Source: a virus
Lineage: Duplodnaviria; Caudoviricetes
Direction: 5' to 3' (one strand)
Virus record (IMG/VR): IMGVR_UViG_2818991472_000001
Span: 1 to 64,000 of that record
Length of the DNA: 64,000 bases
Every line of letters starts with the position of its first letter. The stretch's first letter is position 1. Shown one piece after another: positions 61,911 through 64,000 of the stretch. The notes under the pieces were generated by a model. That model had not been told where the DNA came from and did not search any database. It saw only the letters and a list, made by a program, of their open reading frames with translations. The position numbers and the translations under genes are program-made.

Positions 61911-63827
61911 TCACATCTTCGCTGTCAGGGTGTTCGGGAGGTGGGGTCCGATGTACCCGATGTGGATCTTTCCGTCAGCCCGGGTCGAGTCGAACAGGTG
62001 CAGCCGGGGGTAGGGGACCTGGGCTCCGAGCCGGATGTGCGCGCCCATGTACGCCCGCTCCGACGGGTGGGCGGACCTCGGCACCGGGAACACCCGGGCG
62101 TTGAACCACTCGTCGCGGGCCTTGACGGCCGCCGACTCGTCCGGGACGAACGCGCTGGCGGAGATCGGGTTCAGGGCACCGGGCCAGCGCAGGTACTGGT
62201 AGATCGACGACAGCTCGGGCCGGTCGCTTCCGGCGGTCGCGCGGGCCTGCCCGTAGGACTCCAGCATCTCCAGCGCGCCCCAGGCGCGATTGATCCACAA
62301 CGCGCTGTGCGGTGAGTCCAGCTCGGCGATGCTGTCGGGCACCCGGTCCCCGAGCACCACGTACTCCAGCAGCTCGTGGCCCATTTCGAGGAACTCGTCC
62401 CACGAGGCGGCCACCGGCCGGGCGGCGGGCACGGCCTCGTCGAAGGGGGCCTTCTGCAGGTCGGCGAGCTTGCGGCGCAGGAAGGCGATCTCCCGGACCT
62501 GGTCGTCGCCTTCGGCTTCCAGCTCCACCACCCGCTGGTTGGCCGCGTCGCGGTCGCGTACGGCGGCCACCGCGACTTGCCGCAGCGCCGCCGTGTCCGG
62601 GCGGGCCCGCAGCTCCTCGACCTCGGCCCTGGCCGCCGTCAGCTGGATCTTGGTGTCCTCAAGCTCCTCCAGGGTGCCGTTCAGCTCGCCGAGGATCTCC
62701 TCCCGGCCTTCGGCGAGCATGGCGATCTCCTCCTGTGGAGAGGGCCCGGTGACCTCCTGGACGGTGATGCCCTCGGGCCCGACGTCGACGCGGGTGAGGG
62801 AGCCGAACAGCTCGACCAGGTCCCCCAGCATGAAGCCGCTGCGCTCTTCCTCGTGCTCCTCGATGGTCTCGGCGATCCCGACGGTGTTGCGGACGTTGTT
62901 CTCCACCCACTGGGTCATGTCGCACGGCATCTGGTGGTAGACCTGCAGACCCCGGGCGGCGCGGCCGGAGACGACATCGTCGTGGGTGAACATCACGTTC
63001 GAGGAGCGCAGGCCCTCACGCAGGGTGGGCAGGATGAACGCGCCACCGGGATGCAGGCGCATGTCGTACTGGTGGGCGAGGGCCTCGTTGAGCTGGTCGT
63101 ACTCAGGGCCGGAGACGGTCCACAGGACCGTGTTGCCGTGCATGGAGGGAGTGAAGTCCTCCACCAGGGCCTTCGCGTTGGTGGCCTTGACCAGGTCGTC
63201 GTCGTGGACGAAGACGGTGGTCGTGTCGGCGTACCTGCCCAACTCCTGCAGCTGGACCTGGAGGCTCTTGGTGTTCCCGAAGCTGCTCTTCGTCAGGCGG
63301 TTGATCTTCAGCATGCGCCCGCCGAGACCACCGTGGGCCCGGTCCCAGCCGACGTTCTTGTTCTCCGGCATCAGCCTGACCGCTGGGGAGAGCCAGTGGC
63401 TCTGCCAGGTCGGCTCGCCCGGGGCGTAGGCGACGATCGTCCAGGCGCCTCGCTTGTCCGCGCCCTTGGCCTTGCTCACTGGGAGGCCAGGCCCTGGGGA
63501 GAACGACTCGTCGGAGGCGCGGATGTCGGCGATGTTGCAGTGGCTGGTGTCGAGGACGGTGAGGGTGGCGTAGATCCGCACCGGGGTGGGGTCGTTCGTC
63601 CTGCGGGGCTCGGTCCACCGGGCGGCGAAGCCGTACCCGTTGGCCTTGCTGACGTCGGCGGCCCGGATGTCGAGCAGCTCGAACCTCGGCTCGGGGTGGT
63701 CCTCCTGCCGCTCGGCGTGGGTCAGGATCTCGTGGAGCTGCGCGGGTGCGTCGCGCAGCAGTCCCCTACCGAGCCAGGAGTTGAGAGGGCGGCAGCGGAT
63801 CGTCAGCGTCTTGGGCCGGATGGCCAT
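61911..63827 (-). CDS. coiled-coil protein with C-terminal RelE/BECR-like nuclease domain (putative defence effector)
   Basis: Central coiled coil; C-terminal M.AHIRLG...PRLHLFD...GKIHIGYIGPHLPN. Confidence 0.5.
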   Translation of the reverse strand: MAIRPKTLTIRCRPLNSWLGRGLLRDAPAQLHEILTHAERQEDHPEPRFELLDIRAADVSKANGYGFAARWTEPRRTNDPTPVRIYATLTVLDTSHCNIADIRASDESFSPGPGLPVSKAKGADKRGAWTIVAYAPGEPTWQSHWLSPAVRLMPENKNVGWDRAHGGLGGRMLKINRLTKSSFGNTKSLQVQLQELGRYADTTTVFVHDDDLVKATNAKALVEDFTPSMHGNTVLWTVSGPEYDQLNEALAHQYDMRLHPGGAFILPTLREGLRSSNVMFTHDDVVSGRAARGLQVYHQMPCDMTQWVENNVRNTVGIAETIEEHEEERSGFMLGDLVELFGSLTRVDVGPEGITVQEVTGPSPQEEIAMLAEGREEILGELNGTLEELEDTKIQLTAARAEVEELRARPDTAALRQVAVAAVRDRDAANQRVVELEAEGDDQVREIAFLRRKLADLQKAPFDEAVPAARPVAASWDEFLEMGHELLEYVVLGDRVPDSIAELDSPHSALWINRAWGALEMLESYGQARATAGSDRPELSSIYQYLRWPGALNPISASAFVPDESAAVKARDEWFNARVFPVPRSAHPSERAYMGAHIRLGAQVPYPRLHLFDSTRADGKIHIGYIGPHLPNTLTAKM

Positions 63828-64000
63828 GCGGTACTTCCTCTGTACTTGGGGCGCGGCAGCGGTTCCATCATCGCGCGCGGCGCCGACATCGGTCGGTCGA
63901 GTCCTAGTTAAGCAACTGAGCAGGTCATCCGGTGCGACGTTCCCGGAACTGCCCAACTCCCCCGTGGAGTAGGGCTACCATCCTGCGCAACATTTTTCTA

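Noticed and set aside
1-64000. tRNA/rRNA, integrase/att, terminase, transposase, bldA-dependent TTA control
   Set aside because: None recognised by eye; the few candidate TTA positions checked were out of frame; missing genes may lie outside the window

Overview
High-GC actinomycete (most likely Streptomycetaceae) DNA. Almost the whole window is one virion-morphogenesis region of a contractile-tailed temperate phage, read on the minus strand. Its gene order and proteins resemble Bxz1/cluster C mycobacteriophage and Rhodococcus E3-like myoviruses: portal, SGNH fibre, twin endolysins, prohead protease, scaffold, decoration protein, major capsid, neck, sheath, tube, frameshifted tail chaperone, tape measure, lysin-bearing hub, baseplate and several fibres. 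It also carries a parA plus HTH-adaptor pair wedged between sheath and tube, four parS-like palindromes (GTTCCGCGCGGAAC) and a truncated double-wHTH RepA-like gene at the left edge, so it is probably a phage-plasmid. The main unexplained signals are four. (1) 17 clear copies of a bipartite motif, CTGTY-N21/22-AAGRGGYG, lie in front of late genes, often just after a terminator, and look like an unusual phage late-promoter regulon. (2) Enzyme cargo sits in head genes: a glycosylase-like domain inside the prohead protease and a ParB-N/Arr-like ADP-ribosyltransferase fusion. (3) A poly-gamma-glutamate hydrolase is fused to a baseplate protein, one of several predicted surface-polymer hydrolases. 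(4) An EspR/ImmA/MAB_1171c/PAP2 regulatory cassette is inserted on the opposite strand. No tRNA, rRNA, CRISPR, integrase or terminase was recognised. All family assignments come from motif recognition by eye, not database searches.
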